64,000 nucleotides of DNA from Alloascoidea hylecoeti (GCA_001600815.1 BCKZ01000007.1:978059-1042058), one strand, 5' to 3'; counted from the first letter of the stretch, positions 24,801 through 37,343 are shown. Notes: generated from the sequence alone by a model not told the origin. Numbers and translations are program-made.

Positions 24801-25243
24801 CCACAGAAATAGATGCTGCAACAGAATTATTATCTAGAACTTCTATTGCTAATAATAGTGCTTTAAATTCCAGTGATTATGATACTGATCTAGAACTTGA
24901 TAAAACATTTCACTTCAATCCATCAGATCCTGAAATGGATTTAGAAGTGCTTGAAAAGTTATCATCAAATAAAAATTGGAAAAGTCAACATTGGGATTTA
25001 TTAGCTGTTTTATTACAAAATGAAAAGGTTAAAGTTCCTTATGAATTAAGGCACCCATCGAAGAAAAGACGACGACGTTCAACAATTCTTAATACGAAAG
25101 AAGTGCCAAAATCAATTTCTGATTCATTCCCTGATGTTGATGAAGATGAATTGGCTTTAAGAATCACTGCGTTAATGAAAGTTTTATTAAGGCAGAAGAA
25201 AAGGGAGAAAATGTCAAAATTAAGAAAACAAATTTTGATTTGA
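21875..25243 (+). CDS. Uncharacterised 1122-aa disordered S/T/N/P-rich, probably nuclear protein with a small C-terminal helical domain
   Basis: Long uninterrupted ORF with basic NLS-like clusters and many S/T-P sites. No family recognised. Confidence 0.8.
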   Translation: MPTTPNPSKKGLRRSSKSPSPDPISTLSPTPKGYIVQSTFREKTKFLLTHEKRHSLLGISILSSSNSTPSVTPSRSPRQIQSAVSHSDDERSTYNRRPIISRNTTRASNRLIGVLQSAEPSRTNSPTIPSDDNYQLDFDLGVDYDNDNENDEDYRISQDEGDTVYDDDDINPVPRKKQRRKSNTKSTTPNTNRNNSNNQNTNVKSTRLDTKVNGKRRHSSEVLTNVTTNGHNDDETKQQKVSKSTQRKKFKINSTAKKDKNKISEDGNGNLDKEVGNPINEDQNKATQKQPVKSRSKVPLRRSKRKSTLNDTEYKITEDESANDDGDDYFEYPVKPTRQKRSRRKPSKKPIFKSKSASPVNATKNIENGSLNLKDDAVHSNLKSGTGTGTDSDTNMELNEPNETLPILPIEALIMKHQNNSVNDIRNQKDSNQKESNQSINLTKGGNQDIYDSEREQSEAPTEVSLEILKDQPPSQELKIYINEEHSDRLDATQQIFSEDFNHQNESTRNISNQSIIISENENQGTDNSEREESEHLKDRSIQESKERTQRLDITQQIFSDNVSTSDFDYVETNDADNDSPDASESDPEFQDAIGDETLLMADDLRDITTSMNRTSPSPVINGNGQLTNQKTSESLQEHDTPSRRLSHLDQAQEPEAGDSSFEVSAKKKELLPSPHIIKPSIFTHIQPSKGQVYTRFPTEKLAEQSPTSQPEIALEVQNSNIQVATIPNSSPPNNNSLPLKNIAVPNSSPPNSDFLHPKSKENTLEYKNVDPTTPINQQFLSKKLSQLNQSTAQAFSVPFGTTPTLVICNTPNTEVQVITRSMNGSANNNDTHQSVYRFPQLSQSGGTPFDSRFSTPGTIDNTFRQNTVDASTETPTSRLHTVDESVWTQSPEPERITTVNNQTSTSPMFTTSRNTSPIGSTADVATETQRDTSPPPPETVDAITYMSFQTADRPQTPTPNNVKVKPPNKQISSTATEIDAATELLSRTSIANNSALNSSDYDTDLELDKTFHFNPSDPEMDLEVLEKLSSNKNWKSQHWDLLAVLLQNEKVKVPYELRHPSKKRRRRSTILNTKEVPKSISDSFPDVDEDELALRITALMKVLLRQKKREKMSKLRKQILI

Positions 25244-25315
25244 TTCAATCTAAATATATAAATATACATTATGAATTTTTATTATCCGAAATGACTTAAT
25301 TATCTATAGTATACT

Positions 25316-25360
25316 CTGTTTGTTTATTCATTTGTTTGTTTATTCATTTGTTTGTTTGTT
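25316..25360 (+). repeat. (TTTG)n / TGTTTGTTTATTCATT simple repeat
   Basis: Directly visible. Confidence 0.8.
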
Positions 25361-25930
25361 CGAATTCCCTTGGGTTACCGATATATTATCATATATTTGT
25401 TCTTGGCATTGTGAGATTTTGAAGAATGTTACATTGTTAAGAAATATTACTTGAGCTCTTTTTTTTTTTTTTTTTTCATACAAATAACGTCTGATGCTTG
25501 CGAATTTTACTAAGTTATTGTCTTTCTGTTATTATTTCTTCATTTATTTTTTTTCTTGATTTTATTCGGCGTATTAACGTTGATTAGGTATAAACATTCA
25601 TTTATTTTTACATTATACACATTTATAAATTATATTTTGTCATTATCTTCCTTGATGTGTACTTCATTTAAATTTTCATTTTATGATTAAAATTGTGTTA
25701 TATTGTAAAGGATGATCTTCTATGAAACTTGACCTCTATTTTGGCGGTATTGTATCTGTAAAGTTTAAACCATTTTTCGAAACTTTTATTATGTTTCCAA
25801 ATAATTTTGCGGGGGAAACCACAACCACTGTTACTTATGAAGATTTAGATTACAGGTTATTAGATTTTAACGGTACAAAGAAACTGTATTTCCTCTAAAA
25901 TATTAATATTATCCACAGATACTAGGCAAA

Positions 25931-28120
25931 ATGAATTCCAATCAACAAGCTGAAAATCCCGGAACACCAGTACTAGGCCTGTATCAGACTTAAAAGCACA
26001 GCAATTAGCTCAGATTTCAGCGCGAAAGGAAGAAACAAGCACGTTTGGACCAAAAACAAACAAGCCAAATAGCTGCCAAACAGCAGGAAGTTCAATCTTG
26101 AATACCTATTTTTGATGCTAATAGTACGGTATCTATACGAGAACAAGTCTTCATGCTGGAAGGAATTCTTCGTATGTCTCGTAGTGCTTTTCACAGTTGT
26201 ATTCCGCTCATTGATAATATTTATAGTGTTCAACATTATGTTACATCTGTTGCTATTGATGAAGGTTCTACTTAATCACCAGAGGGCGATTTGAATGGAC
26301 CAGTTAACTCCTTACACAAAATCATGCCTCGTTTTTCAGCTATAAAGGTGGGCAAATTAGATTATCGCAGTCGATAATATGGGAAAAGTTTTTCTCTGTA
26401 AAACATCGTTTGCTAGTGAGTATGAGAGACGACTGGGTGATTCTACATCAACCGAAAAAGCATAATCATACACTCGCTGGTGCAGACAAAACTAAAGCAG
26501 TGCCCATACGTTCGTCAGATCTTAAATGAATAAGCCACTCGGCATCAGCAATTCGAAGGGCTTTGAAGACAATTATGAAAGACGAGTATGAACTGTACGA
26601 CGCTCTATATATATCATACGATACCGTTTATAATAATGCAATACGAGTCTTTCAACAGAATCAACACAATAAAAGTACTGGCCGTAAACTACCAGAAGGG
26701 GCCACATTAGTGGATGACATCAATGCATCCAAATTTCACCTCCAGAAGAACGGGATGTTTGCTTCAATAATAAATGTATAGATGGTAGAATAAGTCATAT
26801 TTTGGTCTTTTATAACCCCACAAGATTTAAAGAATTCTATAAGCATAGCCGTTTAACCATCCTAGACAATACCAATGGGACAAATGTACATGGCTATAAA
26901 TTGTTTACGCTAATGGTACAGTCTGGAAGCGGAGAGATTATAAATGACATCCAATTTTATGTAACTGAAAAGGCTATTGCAACGGTTTTACTTTATATTA
27001 AAGGTACCCAATGTGATGATGATGGTTCCAGTTGGAAACCTGAATTCACTCTCATCAACGATTCGGAAGCGGAAAAAAAAGCCATCCGGGATACGTTTAG
27101 CGAATTATCAGCTGGTGAGCAAAAAATAACAATTTTGGTTTGTACATGGTATATGAGCCGGGTATTTATGAGACGACTAAGATCTTACTATAATGGAAAG
27201 GTGCTTGAAGAGATGAACCGTAAGAATTTTATGAGTGGAATTTATAACTTGCAATTGGAATAATAACCGCATAGATACAGAAGCAATAAACTCGTTTAGT
27301 ATAATTGAGGTGGAAAAACATTGTTAAGAAGTAATTAAGCTAGCACCCATATCAGACGTGAAGCAGTATATACGCTAGCACATGGCAGACTTGACGGAGT
27401 GGGCATTGGGAGCCAGAACACACACACCATTCTTACTACAGCTGCAGCTTCATTCAACACAAGCACTGGAAGCTATCACGGCGAAGTCAAGCGTGGAAAC
27501 AACTCACCTACAAACTCTCTAGATAAAGCGGTACACAATAATCTAGAGGTTCAAACCCAAATAAATGTAAGAAACGAAGTAGAAAGATACAAAAGCCAAG
27601 TAAAAGAAGTTAAACTAGTTCAGAATTATGCTCGTTTTTCAACATTCAGTTTTCCATTACAATTATCAGAGTATATCAGTATGATAGACGAATTAAACAT
27701 TCAGTTTAGAGACATCGTACTTGATGAAAATGGAATGCTTTATTGTGAATGTTTAAAATTTAAAAAATATTGACTGCCTTGTAGACATATTTTTAAAGGA
27801 GATGTTGCTTTAGGTGGTAAATTACTGACAGATAATGTGTAGAGATCCTTGAATGATCAATTCCAGGAGTCCGGGTATGAGATTTATGAAATTTGGGAAA
27901 CCTATGTATTTGAACGAAGACCAGTTCCATAAGAAGAAAGAGAGAAAACTGATTGAAGATTAAAGATGAACAATCTAATTGAGCAACTAAGACAACATTA
28001 TTTTATTGCTGAATCGAACTCTGGGAATGATGGGAGTATAGTGTTAAATTCATTTCAAGACTTTATGAATGGGGTGCTTGGTAAATTTGGGGAAGCTGCT
28101 CCAGCGGTTGTGTGTAGTAA
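25931..28120 (+). mobile_element. Decayed Mutator-like (MULE) transposase pseudogene
   Basis: Fragments in order: HNHTL, ILDNTNGTNVHGYKLFTLMV (first catalytic D region), INDSEAEKKAIRDTF, VCTWY (CxxH decayed), SWIM finger CECLKFKKY*LPCRHIF at about 27744. Multiple stops and frameshifts, TIRs not found. Confidence 0.8.
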
Positions 28121-28874
28121 TAGTATTATATTTGTTTTTTTTTAAAATATGAATTGGTGAGTAATTAGTTCAACTAATAAATTATTTATTTCATTTAAAT
28201 AAATATTGTTTATTTTGAATTTATACTATTATCATTATTATTATTTAAAATGTTACTGTCGTTGTTGCTGGTGGATTTTGATAGAACTAGATCTAAAGTT
28301 GATTCTGTCTGGTTTTTATATGCTCTCTTCAATTTTCTGAATCTATTAGGGATATACATATTATATTCATTAATTCTTGAATACCTTACTTAATACCGGA
28401 AGTTTTAAGATAAGAAGGTTCAAATTTAATTTGAATTAATCTTTTTGATTGATCCCTTTACTGTCATCAAATTGTTTCATTTTCATGAACCAAAATATCA
28501 AGAGCGATATCGATATATAATGGAAAAAATCATGCATTTTACATGGTTGGTAAAAGTTAAACTATAATATTTTGAGTGATCCAGTTAGTTGCATATTCGT
28601 GGGTGTCGTTCAACGAAGGATATGTTGTAGAATGTTCACTTTTGTGTGTGTAAATGGACAAAATGGACAAAAATAAATTATTTACTTTCCCATTTTATCC
28701 TTACAGTTTATATATGCAAGTATGCATGAGTGCTTCTTCGTATCAAAGTATATTTCTAACCGCAAGCGTATCTATCAGAACGGCTCTTGAAGCTTTTTTG
28801 AAAAATATAACATTGATGCTAATGTCACAAATATTTATACTAAAGATATAAATCCCATAAGTTATATTGAAAGA

Positions 28875-29720
28875 ATGAATAAAACAAATATTGAGGGAAG
28901 CTTCGATCTGTTGGATGAGTCTAACATTAAACGACTACCACCATCTTCAACTCAAATTGAATATAAAACAATACGAATTAAAACAGGAGACTCAATTAAT
29001 AAAAGAATTACTTATATCACACGAACCTTAACGACTCCAACAACTTTTTTTTCTGAGAAAGATCTGATCATGAATAGCGATGATTCAAACAATGATTCCA
29101 AATCGATTAATAATAACCTTACAAAACTGAAAAAATATCCCCTTGTAATACTTACTTCTCAATCATCAGATGCTCAAAGATTAATAACACTAATTGAAAT
29201 AATTAAGGATAAATTTAAAAAGCAAAAATTACAAAAAATTGAAATATCAAATGATATTAATTTTGAATATGATAATTATATAACACAATTACCCAAAATA
29301 ATACACCAATATAATCATTTAGGTTTTATTAAAACCGATAAAAATCCTTTAGAGAAACCCAACAAGAATAAGAAGAAAAAAGTGGGGAAAGATAAGATAG
29401 GAGTATCTAAGAAAAGGGATTTATCATCAATGAAAGGATCAGAATTAGAAACTCCTGGCTCATTGCAACAACCTTCTAAAAAACAAAAAACTTCTACTAC
29501 ACAAATTCTTGTACCACAAACACAAACACAAATTTCACAAGAACAATCAGCTCTTGTGGAAAAGGGATTATCATTTCAAAAGCATTATACAATTCCGTGT
29601 TTATCTATCGCTATATCATTAACACAATATAATATTAAGGAGATTGAGATAGTCATGAGGGAACATTTGAATATTACAAATTCACAGACAATTAAACTAG
29701 CCCATCAAACTAACGAATGA
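28875..29720 (+). CDS. Alba-fold protein, probably an RNase P/MRP subunit of the Pop6/Rpp25 type
   Basis: IRIKTGDSINKRI..LVILTSQSSDAQRLITLIEIIK..HQYNHL..IPCLSIAIS fits the Alba pattern, with low-complexity inserts. Confidence 0.6.
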   Translation: MNKTNIEGSFDLLDESNIKRLPPSSTQIEYKTIRIKTGDSINKRITYITRTLTTPTTFFSEKDLIMNSDDSNNDSKSINNNLTKLKKYPLVILTSQSSDAQRLITLIEIIKDKFKKQKLQKIEISNDINFEYDNYITQLPKIIHQYNHLGFIKTDKNPLEKPNKNKKKKVGKDKIGVSKKRDLSSMKGSELETPGSLQQPSKKQKTSTTQILVPQTQTQISQEQSALVEKGLSFQKHYTIPCLSIAISLTQYNIKEIEIVMREHLNITNSQTIKLAHQTNE

Positions 29721-30358
29721 TCGTTTACTGAGACCTCCTGCACCGGAGAGACTTAAATTGACTCTTTATAATCAACCCACATGTTCACATGTTCACCCCT
29801 ATCTTTTTCTTTTTTTGCCATGATGTTATACCAGATATGTATAATAAAAATTCACATACGCGTATTACAACGTCTAAAAACATGGTGTTGATGTGTGCTG
29901 TTCATAACTTAACTCCATATAAAACCCAGCTACATATAATATACTTGAGATATTTAAATTTTAATGAGAACAAACATGATAATTGACTATATATATAGTG
30001 CAGTAATCGTATATAAACCTATTTAACTTCTATTATGACTTAGGTGATATGATGATAATCTGTATTACTTATACTAAAGTTACTATGAAATAGTGATCAA
30101 ATTTGTACGCGTATAATTATCAATTTCAAGTTATAAATTCATACTAATATTTGATAGGATGCCACATAACTATAAATTTAAACATAGAACAATAAACAAG
30201 GATATGCTATATCGAATACAAATATACCGGTATGCATGGAATAAGAAGTTATGTTCGTTGGTAAAATATATAAAATTAGTTGAACATCAAACTGAAACCA
30301 ATTGCATACTTATTATGTATGTGTAAAAAAATGAGGAGATTGTTATCTATGATTAATG

Positions 30359-30461
30359 TCATTAGCGAAAGACAACCCCCAAAATGGAATGATGAAGAGA
30401 TTGATGTTTTGTTTATAATTTTTATATCATTAGCGAAAGACAAACTCAAAATGGAGCGATG
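30359..30461 (+). repeat. Imperfect direct repeat of about 36 bp, period 68
   Basis: TCATTAGCGAAAGACAA..CAAAATGGA..GATG at 30359 and 30427. Confidence 0.75.
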
Positions 30462-30646
30462 GTGACAATAAAAAAACCCAAATGAAAGCCATTTAAAAAT
30501 ATATAGAAAGAAAGAAAGAAAAAAAAAAACATGATGAATAAACATATAACCAATTGCAACCAAATAACATATAGAGAACAAAAATACTAGAAGTGATCCA
30601 TTTTTGTGAAGAACTTTAAATTTAAAAGTGAAATTTAAAAAGTTTC

Positions 30647-32392
30647 TTAATCATACCGTGATCTAACAATCTCAGCAATATCATTAATAGTATCAGTATC
30701 TTCTTTTCCTAAACTATTTAATAATTGTAATACAAGGCTTTTATCAACTTCTCTCTTGATTTTCATATCATCTAATTCATCAGTAAGTATTTCCTGTTTC
30801 TTTTGTAATGATTGTACAGTTGTCAATAAGGCAGAAATTTGAGTTTGTAAATCATCAACTTCCTTTTGAGATTTGATTTCGGTTTGTTTTGCAGGTATTG
30901 GACGTCTATTTATTTTTTTGGCGTCTGATGGCTGTAATGAAATGTTTGAAAGTGTTGTCGTTAGTGATTCATATGAATCGGCGGTATGTGACCTATTGGA
31001 TGTATTTGTTGAACTTAGGCTTAGCATACTAAATCTACGTTCATGCATTGATGGAGTCGGGCTTTTCTTAAAGGCGGATTTAACATTTTCATACGATTGT
31101 AAAAAAGCAGTTGGAAATGATAATCTTGATGGTGGTTGTCTTGGTTCTGGAGGTAATTCCGATTGTTTTAATTCGTTTTCTAATTCAGATAATCTAGAAG
31201 CAGAAGCGACTTCAATATCGAATGAAACAACATCGATCAAAAAATCATTCACATCATCACCATACATACCCCAAACAGCTCTACTTAATAAATGCTGCAT
31301 AATATCTTCGGATTCATCAAGAGACAATAATAGAGGTTGATTCTTTTTCAATACTGCTAATGCAGTTCTCATTAAGGTTTCAGAAACCCCTTCCATAAAC
31401 ATTAAATCCCACATTCTTAATAGAATAGGTAATGGAGCAGAAACCGCGAATAAAGATAAGAACCATTGACTCGTATATATAGATTGTACACCCAATTTCT
31501 CAAAATGTTCGTATAATAAAGGTAACTGCTGTTCAAATAATTTCTCAAATTGGTATAACCAAATTCTTAAACCAGCCATGTCTGAACCAAAGACCTGTCT
31601 TAAAGAATTAACTTCCATCAATTTTACCAGAACGCAAAAGGCATCACAATCCGTCATGTGAAGTAATAATGGGGCGACTATAAAAGATAGACCTTGACAA
31701 TAACCAACTTGCATATCGTAAACACTGTAAGCTCTCAAAACTTTTCCAAGCATTAATTGGCCTTCACCACCTTCTTCCTTGAACATTTCAATCTGCGGGA
31801 ATGTTCGATGTAAGTCTCGAGAAATAATTTTAACATAAGGAGACCATTCAATAGCCAAAGAAGAGTATAGTTTTTCCAAAGTACAGTCAGCTGAGACATG
31901 TAACATTGCTTTCCATGCGTACCCTCTTATTGGGGGAGGAATACCGGCCCTAACCATTGTAGCAGTGTAGTTCGGTACTTTGGTGGCAGTTAGAGTATAG
32001 TTTGAGCAAAAAGAAGCCCAGAACTGATAGTCCAAATCACTCAGAGTACTAGAGGCAGTGCTTTTGAAAGTTGCGATTGTTTGATTATCCATAGATTCAA
32101 CATCGGAGAGGTTGGCAGGTAATGGCAGATCTTCGGTGTAAGATGGTATATAATTCTCGTAGGCTTCTCTGATTTCATCAGGAGTGACGGTTAATTCAAA
32201 GTTCTCGTTAGCCAAAGTAGACTCCGGGATATTGTCCAGCAATCTTGGGAGGGAGTGTAGCAAATAGTCAGTGCTGCTGGTTGACTTTCGTTCGGTTTTT
32301 GTGTAGTCATCCAGCTCAAAATCAAAGTCTGCAGGAGGTGCAACAGCCAAACCCGCCTCCACCTGAAGAAGGGGCTTCCAGTCGACAATCAT
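30647..32392 (-). CDS. Rab GTPase-activating protein, TBC domain with C-terminal coiled coil (Gyp5/Evi5-like)
   Basis: GIPPPIRGYAW, IISRDLHRTFP, YDMQVGYCQGLSF and YTSQWFLSLF. First ATG at 32392. Confidence 0.85.
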   Translation of the reverse strand: MIVDWKPLLQVEAGLAVAPPADFDFELDDYTKTERKSTSSTDYLLHSLPRLLDNIPESTLANENFELTVTPDEIREAYENYIPSYTEDLPLPANLSDVESMDNQTIATFKSTASSTLSDLDYQFWASFCSNYTLTATKVPNYTATMVRAGIPPPIRGYAWKAMLHVSADCTLEKLYSSLAIEWSPYVKIISRDLHRTFPQIEMFKEEGGEGQLMLGKVLRAYSVYDMQVGYCQGLSFIVAPLLLHMTDCDAFCVLVKLMEVNSLRQVFGSDMAGLRIWLYQFEKLFEQQLPLLYEHFEKLGVQSIYTSQWFLSLFAVSAPLPILLRMWDLMFMEGVSETLMRTALAVLKKNQPLLLSLDESEDIMQHLLSRAVWGMYGDDVNDFLIDVVSFDIEVASASRLSELENELKQSELPPEPRQPPSRLSFPTAFLQSYENVKSAFKKSPTPSMHERRFSMLSLSSTNTSNRSHTADSYESLTTTLSNISLQPSDAKKINRRPIPAKQTEIKSQKEVDDLQTQISALLTTVQSLQKKQEILTDELDDMKIKREVDKSLVLQLLNSLGKEDTDTINDIAEIVRSRYD

Positions 32393-32671
32393 CACAGTTA
32401 ACGAGTATATGAATAAATAAATAAATAAGTAAGTAAAGTAAAAGAGCGACGACGAACTTATTTATAATGAAGTAACAATTAATATCGAAGGAGCGAAAAA
32501 TGAGTGTGAGTGTTTCTAAAGAAGAATTAATAATATTTGAAACAAACACGCACGCCTTAGTTAGGTCTCACGTTTACGCACGCAGTACTGCACATACCCT
32601 TGTCTGTTTCCAACGAAGAACTTCAAATTATAATTATAAAATTTAAATCAAAAATATACAAGTATATTTTT

Positions 32672-34725
32672 TTATCGCGTTTTCTTCTCTTCTTCTTCAT
32701 CTTCCGTGTCTGTGTTTAGATCACTCCAATCAGACTCCTCGTCGGACCCGTCCTCCGAATCTTCATCACTGCTCTCATCTCCATGAACTGGCGATTTCTT
32801 CACTTTTTCTCCTCTCATTTGTGCAAACGCGCCTGCCAATGAATCTTCTTCTGGCGCGTCAATTCCATATAGGTCTCCACTTTCTTCTATTAATTTGGGT
32901 TCTTCCACTACCATATTAATCGGGAAATCAACATCTGTTCCAAAGTACCCAGTATTAAGTAGTCTAATCCGGAATTGATACGTTCCCACTTGGTCTGGAG
33001 TTGGTGAACTAACTGGGATTTTAAACGTTCCCACCGTTATTTTGTCTCCTGATTCTAAAAATTTTTCACTATCTATCGTTAAATTAGATAGGTCCAATTT
33101 CCTTAACACACAAGGGGGTTCTGCTAATCTATTATCTTTTTGTAAACTCAGAAGTCCAACCCACGATGCCTTATGGTTTCCTGGGAAAAATGGTGAATGT
33201 GTAATTGGTAAATCAGGTTGATCGGCACATATTTTAAAAGGATTTAGTAAAGCTTCATGCGTTTCTTCCTCTGCAAATTTAGTTTCATCAATACCGCTAG
33301 GAACTTTGAAATTTTTTGATGAATGAATTACAATCTTTAAAACAATATGTGAAGTAGAATGTGGTGGTACAACTTCTTCTCCGGGAACTTTGAAAAATGA
33401 GCGAACAATTTTAATTTGTGGAATTTTAGAAGCAACTGATAAAGCTTCTTCTAATTCTTCATCTTTTTCAATCCCCAAAACTTTTTTAGCTTCTTCTTTT
33501 GGAATATTCAAAAGTTTACCTAATCTTTTAACTTTAGATTTTTCAATTGCTTCAAACTTGGCATTTGGTAATTGTACCAATTCACCCTTTTCAAGTAATT
33601 TGAATGGAATAGCTTGAACAATTGCTTTTTGTACATTAATAATTTTAGCGGTTAAATCACTTTGACGGAAAGTTGCACTAATATCAACAAGACCTTGTAA
33701 TAATGAAATTGCCTTTGCCACAGCAAGTAACTTATTTTGTTCATTGCTTGACTTACGTCTGTTGATATGATCCTCCAATAATTTATAAATATCATCTGAA
33801 GTTAATTTAGGCAAGGCAATTCTATATTCCTCTGCTTCACTGATCCATACTAAAATCTCCTTATTGGAAACTGGTTCAAACCCAATATGATTAACAAATT
33901 TATCAACAAAAGTTGATGCTGTATTAACATGGATCCCTTTCTTCGTATATGTACGGGAGTTATTCCACCATGATCCAACTAAATAAGGCAAAACAACAGA
34001 AAATAAAAGAACATAAGCAACAAGAACTAAAGGTGATCCTTTACCTTCAACGAAAAATTTTGGTATAGCAATTCCATGTGATTTGTCACCTGGGCCATCT
34101 GGATTTCCATATTTCAAGTAATTTTCTCTCGTTACTTCATCAGTAAGTGCTTGATAAGCTTTTGTAATTTGAATATACAATGATTCCATTTCTTCCCTAG
34201 TTGAATTCCCAACATCTCTAATTTTATCAGGATGATATTTTAAAGATAATTTTCTATATTTTGTTTTAATTTCTCGTTCTGTAGCGGAAAATGAAACATC
34301 TAAAATTTCATATGGATCAAAATTCCCCTTTTGTTCCTTAACCCCAGTTTTATAAACAAATATAATTAACGAAATTAATGATATCCATCCTATTATAAGA
34401 AATAATGCTTTTTTTGTGAAAAAAGCTGACCTTCGTATTTTATTTCTGAATTTTTCAATATCTTTTGAATTTGATGGGCGAAATTTTGATTTAATAGCTG
34501 GATTTTTAGTCTCATCATCGTTACCTAAATCAATCGAATTAAAAGAAATTAGCAACAAATTCTCGTAGTTTAATATCAATTTTTTTTATATAATCACATA
34601 CCACTTCTAATTAAGGAGCTGAAAGAAGTTATCGTTGGTGGTATCACTACCATGGCAAGTACTGTGCCCACAAAGTACGGCCAAACTTCATCATTATCAT
34701 CATAGGCATACCTTGAGTCTGCCAT
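32672..34725 (-). CDS. SEC63: ER translocon J-domain subunit, 2 exons
   Basis: Exons 34725-34602 (MADSRYAYDDNDEVWPYFV) and 34524-32672. FDPYEILDV..YHPDK, YGNPDGP..HGIAIP and acidic tail DLNTDTEDE. Confidence 0.95.
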
Positions 34726-35004
34726 TTTAACACAAAAGTCGAGTACAAGTACAGAATACTAGAATATTGTTGATGGCGAAGAAAATCGAAGAAATATTGC
34801 TATACACAATGAGCTGGCGTTTTGGCTTATTTGCGTTCTAACATATACGCTGGGTTTTGTAATACTCAGAACAGAAAGGTAGAAGACAGGGTAACATGAA
34901 AGACTATCCATCGCATCATGTGACCTGGAAATTTTAAATTTTATCTTTTTATCAATTTTTTTTTTGAAATACTACACAAATAACAAAAATTATATATATA
35001 CACC

Positions 35005-35772
35005 ATGCCAAGTGGAATCAGAAGGAGAAAGCTCAAAAAATCTTCCGTGACAAAAGTGACTCGTCGGAATAAAGATAAACAAAAAATTGCAAAAATCTCT
35101 TCAAATGCTATTATTGCAGAAAATTGGGATTCTAAATTAACATTAGCTCAAAAGTATGATTTATTCTGTTTGATGAAATGAAATGTAAATAAAATGAAAT
35201 AACTAACATATAATGTTTTAGTTATAAAAAGCTCGGACTGAGAGCAAGGCTTTCTGGCCCAGCGGGTGGTGTTGAAAAGGAAGTTTTCCCTGTAAAAGCA
35301 AAAGATGAAGAAGAAATAGAAGTTGACACAAGCTTAGACAAGCCTGATGATGAAATTACAGAATATGATATACCTGAAGGTGAAGCTAGAATTATTAGAG
35401 ATGCTAATGGCGAAGTTATTAAGGTGATTCATGGTAAAAGAGTTAGTAATGATGAAGAAGAAGAAGATGAATGGACTGGTTTCAACGAGGAAAAAACAAC
35501 AGATGTTGTTAAAGGTATGCTTTTTTATTTACCTCCCACCAATTTGATTTATATTAACATTTATTTTAGCATTGGAGTTGGTTGCACAAAGCGGTATTAC
35601 AAAACCTAGAGTACAATCAGAACGTGAACAAGATTGGATATCACGACTCGTAGCTAAGCATGGTGATGACATTGATGCAATGTTTTGGGATAAAAAATTG
35701 AACATTTATCAACAATCCAAGGGTGATTTAAAAAGAAGAATATTTAAATGGAAAAAAGCAAATCAAGTCTAA
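35005..35772 (+). CDS. NOP16: Nucleolar 66S pre-ribosome protein, 3 exons
   Basis: Exons 35005-35153, 35222-35514, 35570-35772 give [62 protein letters not shown]. Confidence 0.9.
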
Positions 35773-35852
35773 TATTAGTTTTTCCTATAAAATAACATTT
35801 AATTTGTATTTATTATTCATCATTATAAAATATTATCATTAATACCTTTGAT

Positions 35853-37343
35853 TTAGGCTTCACAGAAAGCACGATAAGTTGTAAAGCCATTGGTTGTTCC
35901 TTCATATGAAACTTCAGATCCTGGAGCAATGTAAAATACGTATCCCATTTTGGCTTCCAAATTAACATCTCCATTCGTTAATGAAATGGTACCATTGCCT
36001 TTGGTAACAATGACTATACTTGGTCCTTCAACTCCTTTGAATTGTGCCTTTTCACCTTGATCCAATTGGGTTTCCAAAACTGAAAATTCTGCAATCGGTG
36101 GATCATAGAGCTTATTTAAACCTTCACCGCTAGCTCTTTCAAATTGTGCTGGCTCCATCTTTTGAGCAGATGGAGGGTCATAAGTGTAAGTTAACATTTT
36201 GACCAAATTTGGAACATCCTTAAACTTGGGAGTGAAACCAGATCGAACAACGTTATCACTAGCAGCCATACACTCAATGATATCTCCACTGATATAGGCG
36301 TGTGGATAATTTGCTTGCATATAAACAGCTTCTCCTGGGTTCAAAGTTACATAGTTTAATAATAAACAGCCACAAAATAAGCCAACATCTTTTGGAAATT
36401 GTTCATTTAGTCGTAGTATTAAATTAGCAATTGGTTCCCCTCCAGCAGATCCCCCGAAACGGGCACCCTCAGATTTGGCTCTTTCAACCAATTTAACAGA
36501 TTCATCAGCTATTTTCTCGGGACTAGTATTCATAACCTTAGCGAAAAGACTTTGTAATGCTTTTTTCTTCTGATCTACAGATTCAGTTTGAGAAACAACG
36601 CTTTTGAAATTCTCAGCTTCTTGTTCCCCAACTAATTCCACTAATTCAGGAACATTATTCAAAAATTCTGTGATTTCTTCTAAGGGTCTAAACCCACAAA
36701 ACCCTTCGAAAGCTGTGATAGCAATGGCCATCTCGGGTTTATGGTTCGCATCAGGATAGTTTTTAGGATCAGATGCATGTAAAATAGCACCTAATTTTTT
36801 ATCTGGATGAGCTTGAATAGAAAGTACTTTTTTAATTGAGAGTACTTTGAATAAAAATGGAAGTTCCCCTTCAAATTTTTCGACAATCTTATCACCTAGA
36901 AGTTCTGGATGTTGACCAAGAATGTTACGAAGTGTCTCACCTGATGATGCATTTTTTGATGGAACGGAAGGATGAGTTCCCATCCACAACTAAGAGAGAG
37001 AAAAAATCATAGCCAGTTAGAGAGAATGTATAATAATGTCGTGGTGGGTGAATAATCTTCTTGGCTTACCTCTGCATATGGTTTCGTCTCATCGACTTTT
37101 ATGGACGCATCAGAGAATGAAGCGAATTGAGCAACAGAACTGGAAGAACCGATTTTTCCTAAGTAATTCGGTTAGGCCAAAAATCTTACTTATCACCTTA
37201 ATCTTTGAAAAAAAATGGCATACCCCAATCGTAGTTTTGAAAACCTTGAAAAAACAATGCTAGTTAGTTATATTTAGAACCCAGTAGAAAATGATAATGA
37301 ACATACCACATTGTAATCTGAACAGAAGGTTTGAGGAAGACAT
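35853..37343 (-). CDS. PMI40: Mannose-6-phosphate isomerase, 4 exons
   Basis: Exons 37343-37307, 37244-37224, 37158-37070, 36989-35853 give LFRLQCG|FQNYDWG|KIG..KPYAE|LWMGTHP..VLSIQAHPDK..NHKPEM. Confidence 0.95.
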
